The position numbers were made by a program, and so were the translations under genes. A model generated the notes under the pieces. The model was not told where the DNA came from, made no database searches, and worked only from the letters and a program-made list of their open reading frames with translations. A stretch of 64,000 nt of DNA, from IMG/VR virus record IMGVR_UViG_3300022848_000011, positions 21,363-85,362 of that record; one strand, given 5' to 3'. How positions within the stretch are numbered: the first letter of the stretch is position 1; every line of letters starts with the position of its first letter. Below, in pieces: positions 11,701 through 20,556 of the stretch. This DNA is from a virus.

Positions 11701-11905
11701 AGAAGGCATACCTGTAACTGGAATTCCTGATTCGATCCAGGTAAATATGCCAAGTGAAATCACTGCAAAGTTTGAACTCCCTAAAGATTTAGAGGTTCCA
11801 TTAGTATTTAAGGGCGATCCCATTCCTCTTAAGCTCGACACTTCATCATTTAATGATGACGATGATGGACCTTGTTTTAGACTACAACCTTGTGGGAAAA
11901 ACTAA
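8795..11905 (+). CDS. Large virion protein with PKD-like domain and long 11-aa tandem repeat
   Basis: Shared N-terminal domain, LDFGDG PKD motif, then dozens of FGPVDIPS(I/E)I(T/S/G)-type repeats. GAGGA RBS. Confidence 0.75.
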   Translation: MNRIFPPSINYPNGLDNDYTLFLVHNTTESVLSENNSAWALEISIEPVDPDQLEIWADNGFANLNGELLYYDTVEKNEFGKVIKLKNCARNIGGKRTVFQKKGTDIRSYVVAEHHNQLTQSTIATERFLKEIEDQLLLLNEENTCKDDAFCPDVNFNIEINEELTNDCDGIVIDYTINIDGGFSNFELDFGDGRSTNNPTSGSYTFPKNTVIDPIIKISNNNCTIIQSPLVRNESNEPQEQIVNNVNLVPIPQIPDLPALTVGDLDVAVPEIEFPQFFGPCINLNGFEINPINIPSIISFGSLNIPSIINFSPLNIPSIISFGPAPSFSPIGFGPISIPSVINFGIAPSFSPIGFGPVSIPSIISFGPVSIPSIISFGPAPSFSPIGFGPAPEFSPIGFGPAPSFSPIGFGPVSVPSMISFGPLNIPSMISFGPLNIPSIISFGPLNIPSVISLTTVDFPSLIEFGPVDFPSMINFGPADIPYIITFGPVEVPSIIEFGTVDIPSIIEFGETNIPSVITFGPVDIPSIIIFGPVDIPSIITFEPVDIPSIITFGPVDIPSVITFGPVNIPDEITFGPVDYIPDEIGFGPVNLPSEIGFGPVSIPSEIGFGPVSLPSEITFGPVDIPDEITFGEVSIPSEITFGEVSIPSVINFGEVAFPSVINFGEVTLPSIINFGEVSIPSEITFGEVSIPSEINFGPAPDIGPVSFGPAPSISVTIPDSMDLNVDWGTIPIITITPTHIDPIHVNVTFDPMPPIPPILISFTGDAIPVNVDWGIIPPVGVVWGPTPTIDPIQFGPANISPVQFGPANISPVQFGPAPPLTVTWGPTPTLECNVTVTCPNSAMAAQSNKNFTEEDFVDDFESMEIETEGIGIPSEIIIRAPKFPEIKIQHDIPEFIELKAPDSIDLNVKLESNLPKSIELNSSKLPKSIQLLTNGLEKGILLDSSNVSIKLEMPMELPKLQIDTSKLSEGIPVTGIPDSIQVNMPSEITAKFELPKDLEVPLVFKGDPIPLKLDTSSFNDDDDGPCFRLQPCGKN
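9660..11280 (+). repeat. Coding 33-nt (11-aa) imperfect tandem repeat array
   Basis: Units such as TTTGGACCTGTTGATATACCTAGTATTATTACA recur in frame. Boundaries are approximate. Confidence 0.9.
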
Positions 11906-12714
11906 TGAGAATAAAAAAATCTAATAATAACAGTTATGTTAATGAATCTGGATTTTGGATTAGGGATTTTACACAAATAAAAAATAGAAGTATTGATATA
12001 AATAAATTCTTTGATAAAGAAGATATGGATTTATTTATAAAAAACGAAAAAATGAATAAAAGATTAATGAAAGCAACTAAGCCTAAAGAACAAAAAAAAG
12101 TTTTGATTGTTTCTGATGGTTATGCTTTAAAGGAAAAACAATTATTTTTAGACAATATTGATAATAATACATATGTTATATTGACAAATAATTCTATTAG
12201 ATATTGGGAATTAAATCATAATATTTATTTGGTAAATAATCCATATGAAGATTGTCTCAAGTATATGTCTAGCAAGATTAAAAATTGTTTATCTTCATGT
12301 AGAACTAATCCTAATTACTTAAATAAAATTAAGTCAAATATTACTTTATATCAACCAACAAAAAATTCTTTTTATTCTGGGGTTTATGATTGGTATAATG
12401 TTAAATTAGATGATTATAGAAGTAGTATTACTGCTGCATTACATTATGCGTATTTAATGAATCCTGAAAGAATTTGTCTTTTATGTACTGATAGTTGCCA
12501 CGAAATTAAAAAACCTGGAATGGTTCAATCATTTTATGGTTTATATCAATATGAACAAAATTTTTTATCAGAAAAAATACTAGATACTATGTTGTTTTGG
12601 CTTCTTGATAAGGATGTAGATGTCAGAATTCATTCTTCTGGACATGAGTATAAAAACGCCAAATACATAGAAGAGGAAAATATATTAGATTTTATAGGTG
12701 GTAAAAATGAGTAA
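11890..12714 (+). CDS. Maf/DUF115-like (sialyltransferase-like fold) protein
   Basis: KKVLIVSDGYAL...SSITAALHYAYLMNPERICLLCTD resembles the MAF_flag10 'SV...AL.LA..MG...I.L.G.D' motif. True start is probably ATG 11905. Confidence 0.45.
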   Translation: MWEKLMRIKKSNNNSYVNESGFWIRDFTQIKNRSIDINKFFDKEDMDLFIKNEKMNKRLMKATKPKEQKKVLIVSDGYALKEKQLFLDNIDNNTYVILTNNSIRYWELNHNIYLVNNPYEDCLKYMSSKIKNCLSSCRTNPNYLNKIKSNITLYQPTKNSFYSGVYDWYNVKLDDYRSSITAALHYAYLMNPERICLLCTDSCHEIKKPGMVQSFYGLYQYEQNFLSEKILDTMLFWLLDKDVDVRIHSSGHEYKNAKYIEEENILDFIGGKNE

Positions 12715-12976
12715 TTTCAGGGATTGGGAATTAGATCAACCAAATAAACCAAGTAAAAAACAGAATCGGTTAGTTGGGAGATACGTCGAGAGTAGAGTCA
12801 AATCGAAAAAGATTTACAATGAAATGGAAGAAGGCGAAGCAGATTCTTTAAAAGAACTGGTAATTGACTTTACTGGTAGTGGAGGAGTGATCAAGGAAGT
12901 AAATGGAGAGCATTATTTAATCGAAACAAAAGTAGGAAACTTCTTTATTCATAAACGATTCCTACGATTAATTTGA
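12707..12976 (+). CDS. Hypothetical protein (begins MSNFRDWE)
   Basis: ATG at 12707 after AGGTGG; in frame with the ORF-track call. Confidence 0.6.
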   Translation: MSNFRDWELDQPNKPSKKQNRLVGRYVESRVKSKKIYNEMEEGEADSLKELVIDFTGSGGVIKEVNGEHYLIETKVGNFFIHKRFLRLI

Positions 12977-13374
12977 TCGGAACCTTTTCTCAACATAGGT
13001 TTTTTTATATTAAGCTGATTCGCAACCACATTCGTAATTTTTGTGTTTGCGAATTTTTTTTGTGATCTAGATTCTAATTTGATTCCTTTCTTATTCAGAG
13101 AACTTTCCCAATCAGCTAAGTTTTTACCTATTTCTAGTTTTATTTCATTACTTCTTAAATCTTCTTTTGAAAGAGAGTTAATAAATTGGCTAACTTCCGC
13201 AGGAAGTAGTCGTAGATTACTTCCATTAATTTCTATTACACCTGTATTATTATTATCACAAGGAAAAGATTTAATTAATTTAGCTTCTTTTTGGTTTCTC
13301 TTTAGACTGTAAAGAAATAGGTAGTTCATAAATTTCTCGCAGGACGTAATCCAATACTTTTTGGGTGTTTTCAT
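12949..13374 (-). CDS. Hypothetical protein
   Basis: 141-aa ORF; the real start may be ATG 13329 (MNYLFLY). Confidence 0.5.
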   Translation of the reverse strand: MKTPKKYWITSCEKFMNYLFLYSLKRNQKEAKLIKSFPCDNNNTGVIEINGSNLRLLPAEVSQFINSLSKEDLRSNEIKLEIGKNLADWESSLNKKGIKLESRSQKKFANTKITNVVANQLNIKKPMLRKGSDQINRRNRL

Positions 13375-13718
13375 CTTTATTAAAGTTAGACAGAAAAATA
13401 TTTAATGCTTTTTGGGATTCCTTAATGATATCTTTTTCCATTTTTCAACACACTTATAATAAAATTTGTATTTGTTACTTTGGTAATGATGCCTTAATTA
13501 TAAAACAATTATTCAAAATTATAAAAGAACTAGAAAAAAAACATCAAGATATAGTATTTAGTGTTTGTTTAAGAGATGATCTGGAAACCGAAGAAAAAAA
13601 CATAAAAAAAACAAATTTTAAAAAAAATGATTTTGGCTACACTTATGTATTAGAAGGAAGTCCGACAGACAACTTGGTAAATATTTTACGTAAAGATTTT
13701 GATATCTTTAATAAATAA
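13365..13718 (+). CDS. Hypothetical protein
   Basis: ORF fills the gap; the real start may be ATG 13425. Confidence 0.45.
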   Translation: MFSSLLKLDRKIFNAFWDSLMISFSIFQHTYNKICICYFGNDALIIKQLFKIIKELEKKHQDIVFSVCLRDDLETEEKNIKKTNFKKNDFGYTYVLEGSPTDNLVNILRKDFDIFNK

Positions 13719-13771
13719 TACCGAAGACGCAACAATTAAATAAGTTTTTTAAAATTCTATTGGAGAATTAG

Positions 13772-14347
13772 ATGAGTGTTTTTAAAGTTAAGTTAAGTAC
13801 TGGTAAGCAAGGTCGATTAGATATTGACCCAAGAACTAACGAGCCATTTGACGTTTCGAAGCAAAGAACCGTTTACGTAATGGGTCCTGGGAAAGTTAAT
13901 CGTAAATTGGTTGATGGTGAAACCTTCACCGATTGTAATTACTGGAAGAAGTTTGCTTATCCTGCTATGCCTTTGGATGAAGCATATCTTGAAGTCGTAA
14001 CTGATGATGGATCTGTTTACAGTGAAGATGGAAGTAATGTATATCCTAAGGTTTACGATCTTTCGGTTACTGCTACATCAACTTATGTTGATAATGCCGT
14101 TGATATCGTTGGTGATAATGGTAGTTATGCAATGTTTACACAAATCACTAACAAGCATGAAACTCAAGATTTAAAGATGAAGTTAAATGGAAGTGCTATT
14201 TTGGATCTTCCTGCTAACAGTGTCCAAGTTTTCAATGCAGGTGATTTGGATATCTCTAAGATTGAATTCGACAACAGTGAATCAGGTGCCGTTGGACCAG
14301 TATTAGTTCAAGTTGTTCTTTCAATTGCCTCTGGTTGTAACAGCTAA
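13772..14347 (+). CDS. Putative abundant virion protein
   Basis: GGAGA RBS, upstream TAAATA, codon usage like the capsid gene, followed by a terminator. Confidence 0.55.
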   Translation: MSVFKVKLSTGKQGRLDIDPRTNEPFDVSKQRTVYVMGPGKVNRKLVDGETFTDCNYWKKFAYPAMPLDEAYLEVVTDDGSVYSEDGSNVYPKVYDLSVTATSTYVDNAVDIVGDNGSYAMFTQITNKHETQDLKMKLNGSAILDLPANSVQVFNAGDLDISKIEFDNSESGAVGPVLVQVVLSIASGCNS

Positions 14348-14370
14348 TTTCAGCTAATTAATCAAATACT

Positions 14371-14410
14371 ATAAGACTTGTGGATTATGTCTGCAAGTCT
14401 TATTTTTTTG
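14371..14410 (+). terminator. Rho-independent terminator
   Basis: ATAAGACTTGTGGA-ttatg-TCTGCAAGTCTTAT stem followed by a T tract. Confidence 0.7.
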
Positions 14411-14425
14411 TACTTTACTAAAATA

Positions 14426-15352
14426 ATGGTTAAAGTAATATCTAAGTCACCTATAATTAAAACAAAATTATCACCTATATCATATATAAAAAATTACAAT
14501 AAAATATTGTTAAAAAGACATACAGGTGGTCTTGGTGATATCTTGATGCATAGAATGTTATTCAAAAACATAAAAAAACAAATACCTAAATCCAAATTAC
14601 ACTTTGCATGTCCTTCTTACTATTTAAAGGCTGTTGAAGATTCTGAGTTTTTAGATCAAGTAATTGATGTAAATAATGTAAATGATTCAGAATATGCAGT
14701 TGTTTATACTACTACCCATCAAGCTAATAAATATGAATCATGCATAGCTCCAGAATCGGATAAACACAGATCTGATATTTGGGGGCAATCTTTTGGTTTA
14801 GAACTTAAATATCATGATATGGATTTTAACTTAAACCAAAATCTAATTAATCAATACAAAAATAAGTATGGAGATTTTATTTGTTTTTGCCCTGTTTCAG
14901 CTATATTAACCAAAAACCTTCTTAATCACCAAATAGATGTTTTTCTAGATAATTTCACAAATTTGATATGTTTGCATAAGAATAAAATAGATTATTTACC
15001 AAATAATCTTAAACAAATAAACAATACTTCTATAAGTGAGTGGATGCATATAATCGCTGCTTCAAAAGGTGTTATATCTGTTGATAGTGCAGCTTTTCAC
15101 ATGGCAGGTGGTTTAGGAAAGCCTTTACTTGGTATTTTTACATATGCAGATGGTACTATTTATGGCAAGTATTATGATCATATATTGATACAAAAACATA
15201 GAAAAAATGGAAATTGGGATTGTGGACCATGTTATTCTTGGTCTAATTGCTGTAAAACTAAACAAAATATAAAACCTTGTTTGACAGAAATTAGTAAATA
15301 TGAGTTGGTTGAAGGCATAAATACATTTAAAGATAAATATAATTTAAAATAA
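14426..15352 (+). CDS. Glycosyltransferase family 9 (heptosyltransferase-like)
   Basis: GGLGDILM and VISVDSAAFHMAGGLGKPLLGIF are GT9 signatures; C-terminal CGPC...C...CL. Start moved to the ATG after the terminator. Confidence 0.85.
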   Translation: MVKVISKSPIIKTKLSPISYIKNYNKILLKRHTGGLGDILMHRMLFKNIKKQIPKSKLHFACPSYYLKAVEDSEFLDQVIDVNNVNDSEYAVVYTTTHQANKYESCIAPESDKHRSDIWGQSFGLELKYHDMDFNLNQNLINQYKNKYGDFICFCPVSAILTKNLLNHQIDVFLDNFTNLICLHKNKIDYLPNNLKQINNTSISEWMHIIAASKGVISVDSAAFHMAGGLGKPLLGIFTYADGTIYGKYYDHILIQKHRKNGNWDCGPCYSWSNCCKTKQNIKPCLTEISKYELVEGINTFKDKYNLK

Positions 15353-15375
15353 TTGCTAAAGTTACTAATTTAAAG

Positions 15376-15609
15376 GTGAGGCTAATGCCAAATTTAATTA
15401 AAACAGGAGATACAAAGATAATTACAAAAGATGGGGAAGTCTTTGTAAACATATCGTTGGAACTTAATATTAAATTAGATGGTAACAATTTGTCGATACA
15501 GGCAAATGATACTAATGAAATTAAAAAACAAGAAGATAAAACTGATTGGGTAATACCAAGTTTTAAAAGCAAAAATAAAAAGAAAATAAATTTTGGCGAT
15601 AAAGAATAA
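15376..15609 (+). CDS. Hypothetical protein
   Basis: Small ORF directly upstream of the actin-like gene; likely start ATG 15385. Confidence 0.6.
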   Translation: MRLMPNLIKTGDTKIITKDGEVFVNISLELNIKLDGNNLSIQANDTNEIKKQEDKTDWVIPSFKSKNKKKINFGDKE

Positions 15610-15629
15610 AATAATAGAAAGGTGATAAA

Positions 15630-16640
15630 ATGAATGTTTTGGGTTTCGATGTTGGTACTTACAATTTAATCTCTTGTTCAAGACAAGAAAACAATTACGA
15701 ATACAAAAGAGAAGTAAATGGTTTTGTCAAGTTAAATATTGAATCTAGAGCAATATTTAACATGATGGAAAAATCAGGCGTAAAATTAGTAGAATTCCCT
15801 GATGAAAACGTGGCTTATGCACTAGGAAAAAACGCTGTAGAAATGGCACGCACTTTACCTAATGTAGAATTGTTGCGTCCTATGAAAGATGGGTGTCTTA
15901 ATCCAAAAGAACATTATGCTCAAGAAATTATGAGTATGATGATTCACGGAATGATAGGAGAAATCGAACAAGACAATACAACTCTTTTTTATAGTGTCCC
16001 TGCGAATGCACTTAATGAAGAAACTGATGCTGATTACCATCAGAAAGTGTTACAACAAATTTTTGATGATTATGAAAGTGATCAGGGTTTTAAACTTGAT
16101 GCCAGACCAATCAATGAAGCATTAGCTCTTGTGTATGCAGAACTAGAAGAAAAAGCCTGGACGGGGATCGGGATCTCATGCGGGTCGGGGATGGTAAATA
16201 TTTGTTATTCTATATTTGGAGCACCCGTCTTCCAATTTTCTATTGTAAATAGTGGTGATTGGATTGATAAACAAGCATCAAAAGCATTAGGTGAAACAAC
16301 TACCACCTATGTAAATAGACAAAAAGAAAAAATCGACTTCACAATACAACAAGATGAGCTAGTTTTCAGAGCAATCAAAACTCAATATGAAATCATGATT
16401 CATAATACTGTTAATAAAATTGTTGAAGGATTCGAAAAAGCAGGACATAACACAAGAACAGATAAACCCGTTGATATTATTTTGGCTGGCGGAACCGCAA
16501 CTCCAAACGGATTCGAAGAATTGTTTAAAGAAGCATTAAATAAAGTTAAATTGCCGATTAAAGTTGGAGAAATTATCAAGCCCAAAGAACCAGTTAAATC
16601 AGTAGCAAGAGGTTGTTTGGTTGCTGCTGAAAATGCATAA
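15630..16640 (+). CDS. Actin-like ATPase (volactin/MreB-related)
   Basis: Phosphate-1 GFDVGT, connect-1 INEALA, phosphate-2 ISCGSGMVN, adenosine ILAGGT, connect-2 SVARG. GAAAGGTG RBS. Confidence 0.9.
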   Translation: MNVLGFDVGTYNLISCSRQENNYEYKREVNGFVKLNIESRAIFNMMEKSGVKLVEFPDENVAYALGKNAVEMARTLPNVELLRPMKDGCLNPKEHYAQEIMSMMIHGMIGEIEQDNTTLFYSVPANALNEETDADYHQKVLQQIFDDYESDQGFKLDARPINEALALVYAELEEKAWTGIGISCGSGMVNICYSIFGAPVFQFSIVNSGDWIDKQASKALGETTTTYVNRQKEKIDFTIQQDELVFRAIKTQYEIMIHNTVNKIVEGFEKAGHNTRTDKPVDIILAGGTATPNGFEELFKEALNKVKLPIKVGEIIKPKEPVKSVARGCLVAAENA

Positions 16641-16670
16641 TTAGTAAATTAAAAGAAAGAGAGAAAGAAT

Positions 16671-16904
16671 ATGGATAAGAAAGTTTCAGATTTAGGAGCA
16701 GGTGCCTATTTGTTAATGCATGGCTATAAAGTTATTGGAAGACAAGGCAGAGATATTATGTTTGAAGTAGAAGGTGAAAATGCAGATAGAGAATTCGAAG
16801 AAAGAAAGATGGAATACTTATCTAGCGAATTTCACAGATTTGATTCATATATAATGTCATTAAAGAAAATGAGTGATAATAGTTACTATGGTAAAAAAAG
16901 ATGA
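16671..16904 (+). CDS. Small DUF5659-like protein
   Basis: SDLGAGAYLLMHGYKV pattern resembles DUF5659 phage proteins. Confidence 0.5.
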   Translation: MDKKVSDLGAGAYLLMHGYKVIGRQGRDIMFEVEGENADREFEERKMEYLSSEFHRFDSYIMSLKKMSDNSYYGKKR

Positions 16905-18232
16905 GTGAACAAAACAGTTTTGTAAATCCAATGGAACAATTAAAAGATAAGTTCGACAAAGAGATTGAAACATTAATTGATAGAGAGTTAATTGCAAAAT
17001 TGGAACCAATCATTAATCAACAAAGGCAACAAGTAAATCCGCAAGTTGATCAGCAACCTACGCAAAGTAGTATGGGGCGACCCACCACATCAACTGATAA
17101 TATGGCTAGATCAATTAACTCCACAGATCAACAAAGATCTTCACAGAGAAATAACCAAGGAGTGATTAAATCGCCTAAGTGGAAAGGAATCAGGGGCTTG
17201 TGGCGATCTATTTGGAAAGGTAATTCTTTTGATAATCCAGACTATCTTAATAATTTAAGATTAAACAATCAATTACCTTGGCAAAATAGAAAGAATGAAA
17301 ATTTAATTACCTTAGAAGAATATAGTCATTTGAAAGAATGTGCAAATATGTTCTTTGAAGATAATTTTGATTTCCAACACCTTAACGAAAACATGAGTCT
17401 TGCTGGACCAATTATAGCAAATTTCAAACAAGAATTAGTAAAAACCTTGAGAGATCAATATACCCGAATAACTAAGTTCCTCAAAGACCAAGATAACAAC
17501 ACTGAACAACCAAGTCATCCTGTCGCTGCAAGTATGCCACCTGCTTCGACAACTACAAGTAGATCTCAAGACGTAGAAATTGAAGATGATGACGATGATG
17601 ATGATGAAATAAAAGGAATCGAAAGAGAACTAGGAATAGATCCTAACATTAATGATTACTTGGATGATGAAGAAGACGATGATGATGAAGACACTACTCC
17701 AACTGTTCGAAATCAAACATCAGATGCAGAAGATAAAGCTAGAAAAGATGCAGAAGATAAAGCTAGAAAAGACGCAGAAGATAAAGCTAGAAAAGACGCA
17801 GAAGATAAAGCTAGAAAAGACGCAGAAGATAAAGCTAGAAAAGACGCAGAAGATAAGGCTAGAAAAGACGCAGAAGATAAAGCTAGAAAAGACGCAGAAG
17901 ATAAGGCTAGAAAAGACGCAGAAGATAAAGCTAGAAAAGATGCAGAGCCAGATGAGTTAGATGATATTGAAGATGATATTGAAGATGATATTGAAGATGA
18001 TATTGATCTTAGCAATGTAAGTATAGAAGATTTGATAGACAGGTTACCAGAAAGACATAAACTTACTGGGCAGAATAGTTATCAGGATTTAAAGCAAAAA
18101 TTAAAAAATAATAACATGTCTCAGGATGAATTTGACCAAGAATTAGATGATCTTAAAAACACATTTAGCAATCTTGCCCCATCAAAAAAATCCACCAAAA
18201 AAGATTACACAGACACTTTTGAAGATTTTTAG
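16901..18232 (+). CDS. Acidic low-complexity protein with (DAEDKARK)9 repeat
   Basis: ATGA overlap with the upstream gene; poly-D tracts and repeat visible. Confidence 0.75.
   Translation: MSEQNSFVNPMEQLKDKFDKEIETLIDRELIAKLEPIINQQRQQVNPQVDQQPTQSSMGRPTTSTDNMARSINSTDQQRSSQRNNQGVIKSPKWKGIRGLWRSIWKGNSFDNPDYLNNLRLNNQLPWQNRKNENLITLEEYSHLKECANMFFEDNFDFQHLNENMSLAGPIIANFKQELVKTLRDQYTRITKFLKDQDNNTEQPSHPVAASMPPASTTTSRSQDVEIEDDDDDDDEIKGIERELGIDPNINDYLDDEEDDDDEDTTPTVRNQTSDAEDKARKDAEDKARKDAEDKARKDAEDKARKDAEDKARKDAEDKARKDAEDKARKDAEDKARKDAEDKARKDAEPDELDDIEDDIEDDIEDDIDLSNVSIEDLIDRLPERHKLTGQNSYQDLKQKLKNNNMSQDEFDQELDDLKNTFSNLAPSKKSTKKDYTDTFEDF
17723..17938 (+). repeat. 9 x 24-nt coding tandem repeat
   Basis: GA(T/C)GCAGAAGATAA(A/G)GCTAGAAAA repeated nine times. 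Confidence 0.95.
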
Positions 18233-20547
18233 AACCATTTCTCCAGTTGTTGCCATCCTGGGGAGCGTGATGTATAGTACTTTTTAACATAGTTATGAAT
18301 TAAACTACTGTATTTCTTTGATTTTGGATCAATATAACTAGAGAATTTTGGATTTTGGATCAATTGTTTGATTTTTGGGTCCAGTTCAATCATACTTGAT
18401 TCATAAGATAATTTCTTTGATATTTCTTTTGCCTTCGTGTCAATTTCTTCTTCTGTAACTGAATGATTAGTTTGTTGTGCTATTTGTTGTAATGCATGTT
18501 TTGCTGCTAAAAAATATTTACCAGCAACTAATGTTTTTGCAGATATATCATTGTCAGAATGATCGTGTGTTACGGTACTTCTAATTTGATTCAAGAACTC
18601 TGGATTATTTGTTAATTTATCCCATCCTGCCTGAATCTGAGAATGAATCACGTCAATTCCGTGGGAAGTCTGTCCGTGTTGTCCATCTTTCCACATAGAA
18701 GGGTCGAAAGGTCTTGACTTTCTTCCCCATGTAATTCCCAATTCCTTTGCTTTATCTTCAAGACTTTTATCACCAGACAACAACTGTTCTAGATCTTCCA
18801 TTGATTGTCCTTTGTGAATTCGGTTTTTCAATTGAAAAACCATTCCTGCAAAGGTATATCCAGATTGGAAAGCAGATTTTCTCATTAATCTTCGAGCATT
18901 GTCCAATGCTGATTTTTGAACAGTACCTTTTTTATAATCTTTATAGATTTGAATAAATGGCATAAAGGCTCTAGAACCTAATCGATTTCTAAAATAGGTT
19001 GTTGCATTTTTGACAATTTCATCTTGTTTAATTTGCATGGTATGGTGTGCAACTTTTGAAGCAGTATACAACTTCTTGATGTATGCATCAACACCTCTGG
19101 TGATTTCGTCAGGAATTCCACCTGTGCTTCCAATTAATTCTTTAGCATCTTTCCAAAATTCATTTGGGTTAATTTTAAGTTGTTGTAATGCGCCATGAAC
19201 TGTTTCTTGCTGTTGCCAATTAATATTAATTGTTCCAAACCCTGACCATCTTGTGTGAGGGTTGTTTAATTTAGGGTTAAAGTGATGTATGTTCCAATCT
19301 TCTACGTCATATCTTGGAGCACTTTTCAAGACAGTTTCATATTCTTCTTTGTAACGATCCCTGATTGATTCTAGAATTTCAGAAAAGGTTTCGTCTGGTA
19401 CATCTAGAGGATCATTATAACCTGTTTGTTTTGTGGTCTTTTTAATGATATCAATCAAAGAAAACTTAATTTTTAATTCCTTTAATTTTTCTTTATATTT
19501 TTTTCTTTGGACATGTTTTGGATCTTTCCCAATAACTGGCTTTTTGTTTGATGGATCGTCTAACCAAGAAGTAATTTGTTCTATTTCTTTGTTTAAGTTT
19601 GAAAGATTTACTGGATTAAGCATACTTCTATACTTTGATATATCTTTATCAGAGATATCTACATCTAATTCATCATGAATATTTTTTGCTACGTTATGTT
19701 TTCGTATAGATTCACTAGGAATCATTTTAGCTGGTCTCAAGATGGGTAAATACTGTTTGATTTGAATCATTTCTCCTGAATCTGCCCAATAAGCATACCA
19801 TATTCTTTTTCCATCTTTTGTTCTACCATACTTTTCACCATGTCCAGGGAGTTTACCAAGACCTTCCTTTGTATGAACAACTTTATCAGAACCCTTACCA
19901 CCACCTATTTTTAATTTTTCTATAACTTCACTGTCTTCTGGATGTTCACCCAACCATCCATCTTTTATACCTTGATACAAACTAGACAAACGATCTCGTG
20001 CCACTTTTTCGGTCATTCCAACCATTCCTTTACTTGCACTTAAACCTTTTCCTCTTTTATTTCCGTCAAGTACATAACCTAATGACCCAAAGTTATTATT
20101 TTTAGCATGCTGAATGTATTTCTCTTTCTCTGTCGATTTCAGTTGAGAATACATGTGATCATCGACATCAGCAGTTACTTTATGAAGCAAGTGCTTTCCA
20201 TAAGTTCTAACTTTTGGAAAAATTAACTCTCCAGATTTCCTACCATGCCTATATGGTAACTTGGGATTTGCATACTTAGGAATATTACCATTATTTTTTG
20301 ATATTTCAAAAATATCATAAAGCAGCTTGTCATAACGATAGACTAAAGCTTTTGCCCATAATTCTGGCGGGAATTGTTGTAAAAAATCAATATCATGTTG
20401 ATCAATGAATATAGGAGTTTTTCTTTTCTCGTGAACTGTATGAATTTCATCTCCGTCACTATAATCAACAGCCGCCGCTGCCATTTCGTTAAGGTGATTA
20501 AAATCTAATGAATTGACGATGTTTTTGATGAAATTTCCCATAAACAT
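18229..20547 (-). CDS. Large hypothetical protein
   Basis: 772-aa ORF. An N-terminal LNE could be a prohead-protease site. Confidence 0.75.
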   Translation of the reverse strand: MFMGNFIKNIVNSLDFNHLNEMAAAAVDYSDGDEIHTVHEKRKTPIFIDQHDIDFLQQFPPELWAKALVYRYDKLLYDIFEISKNNGNIPKYANPKLPYRHGRKSGELIFPKVRTYGKHLLHKVTADVDDHMYSQLKSTEKEKYIQHAKNNNFGSLGYVLDGNKRGKGLSASKGMVGMTEKVARDRLSSLYQGIKDGWLGEHPEDSEVIEKLKIGGGKGSDKVVHTKEGLGKLPGHGEKYGRTKDGKRIWYAYWADSGEMIQIKQYLPILRPAKMIPSESIRKHNVAKNIHDELDVDISDKDISKYRSMLNPVNLSNLNKEIEQITSWLDDPSNKKPVIGKDPKHVQRKKYKEKLKELKIKFSLIDIIKKTTKQTGYNDPLDVPDETFSEILESIRDRYKEEYETVLKSAPRYDVEDWNIHHFNPKLNNPHTRWSGFGTININWQQQETVHGALQQLKINPNEFWKDAKELIGSTGGIPDEITRGVDAYIKKLYTASKVAHHTMQIKQDEIVKNATTYFRNRLGSRAFMPFIQIYKDYKKGTVQKSALDNARRLMRKSAFQSGYTFAGMVFQLKNRIHKGQSMEDLEQLLSGDKSLEDKAKELGITWGRKSRPFDPSMWKDGQHGQTSHGIDVIHSQIQAGWDKLTNNPEFLNQIRSTVTHDHSDNDISAKTLVAGKYFLAAKHALQQIAQQTNHSVTEEEIDTKAKEISKKLSYESSMIELDPKIKQLIQNPKFSSYIDPKSKKYSSLIHNYVKKYYTSRSPGWQQLEKWF

Positions 20548-20556
20548 ATTTATAAT

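Noticed and set aside
9508-11841. Antisense and alternate-frame ORFs over the 11-aa repeat, and similar ones at 17652-18015 and 51075-53040
   Set aside because: Shadow ORFs produced by stop-free repetitive coding sequence.
17723-17938. 24-nt repeat as a CRISPR array or parC-like centromere for the actin
   Set aside because: No spacers, and variation is confined to synonymous positions, so it behaves as coding sequence. A second DNA-level role cannot be excluded.
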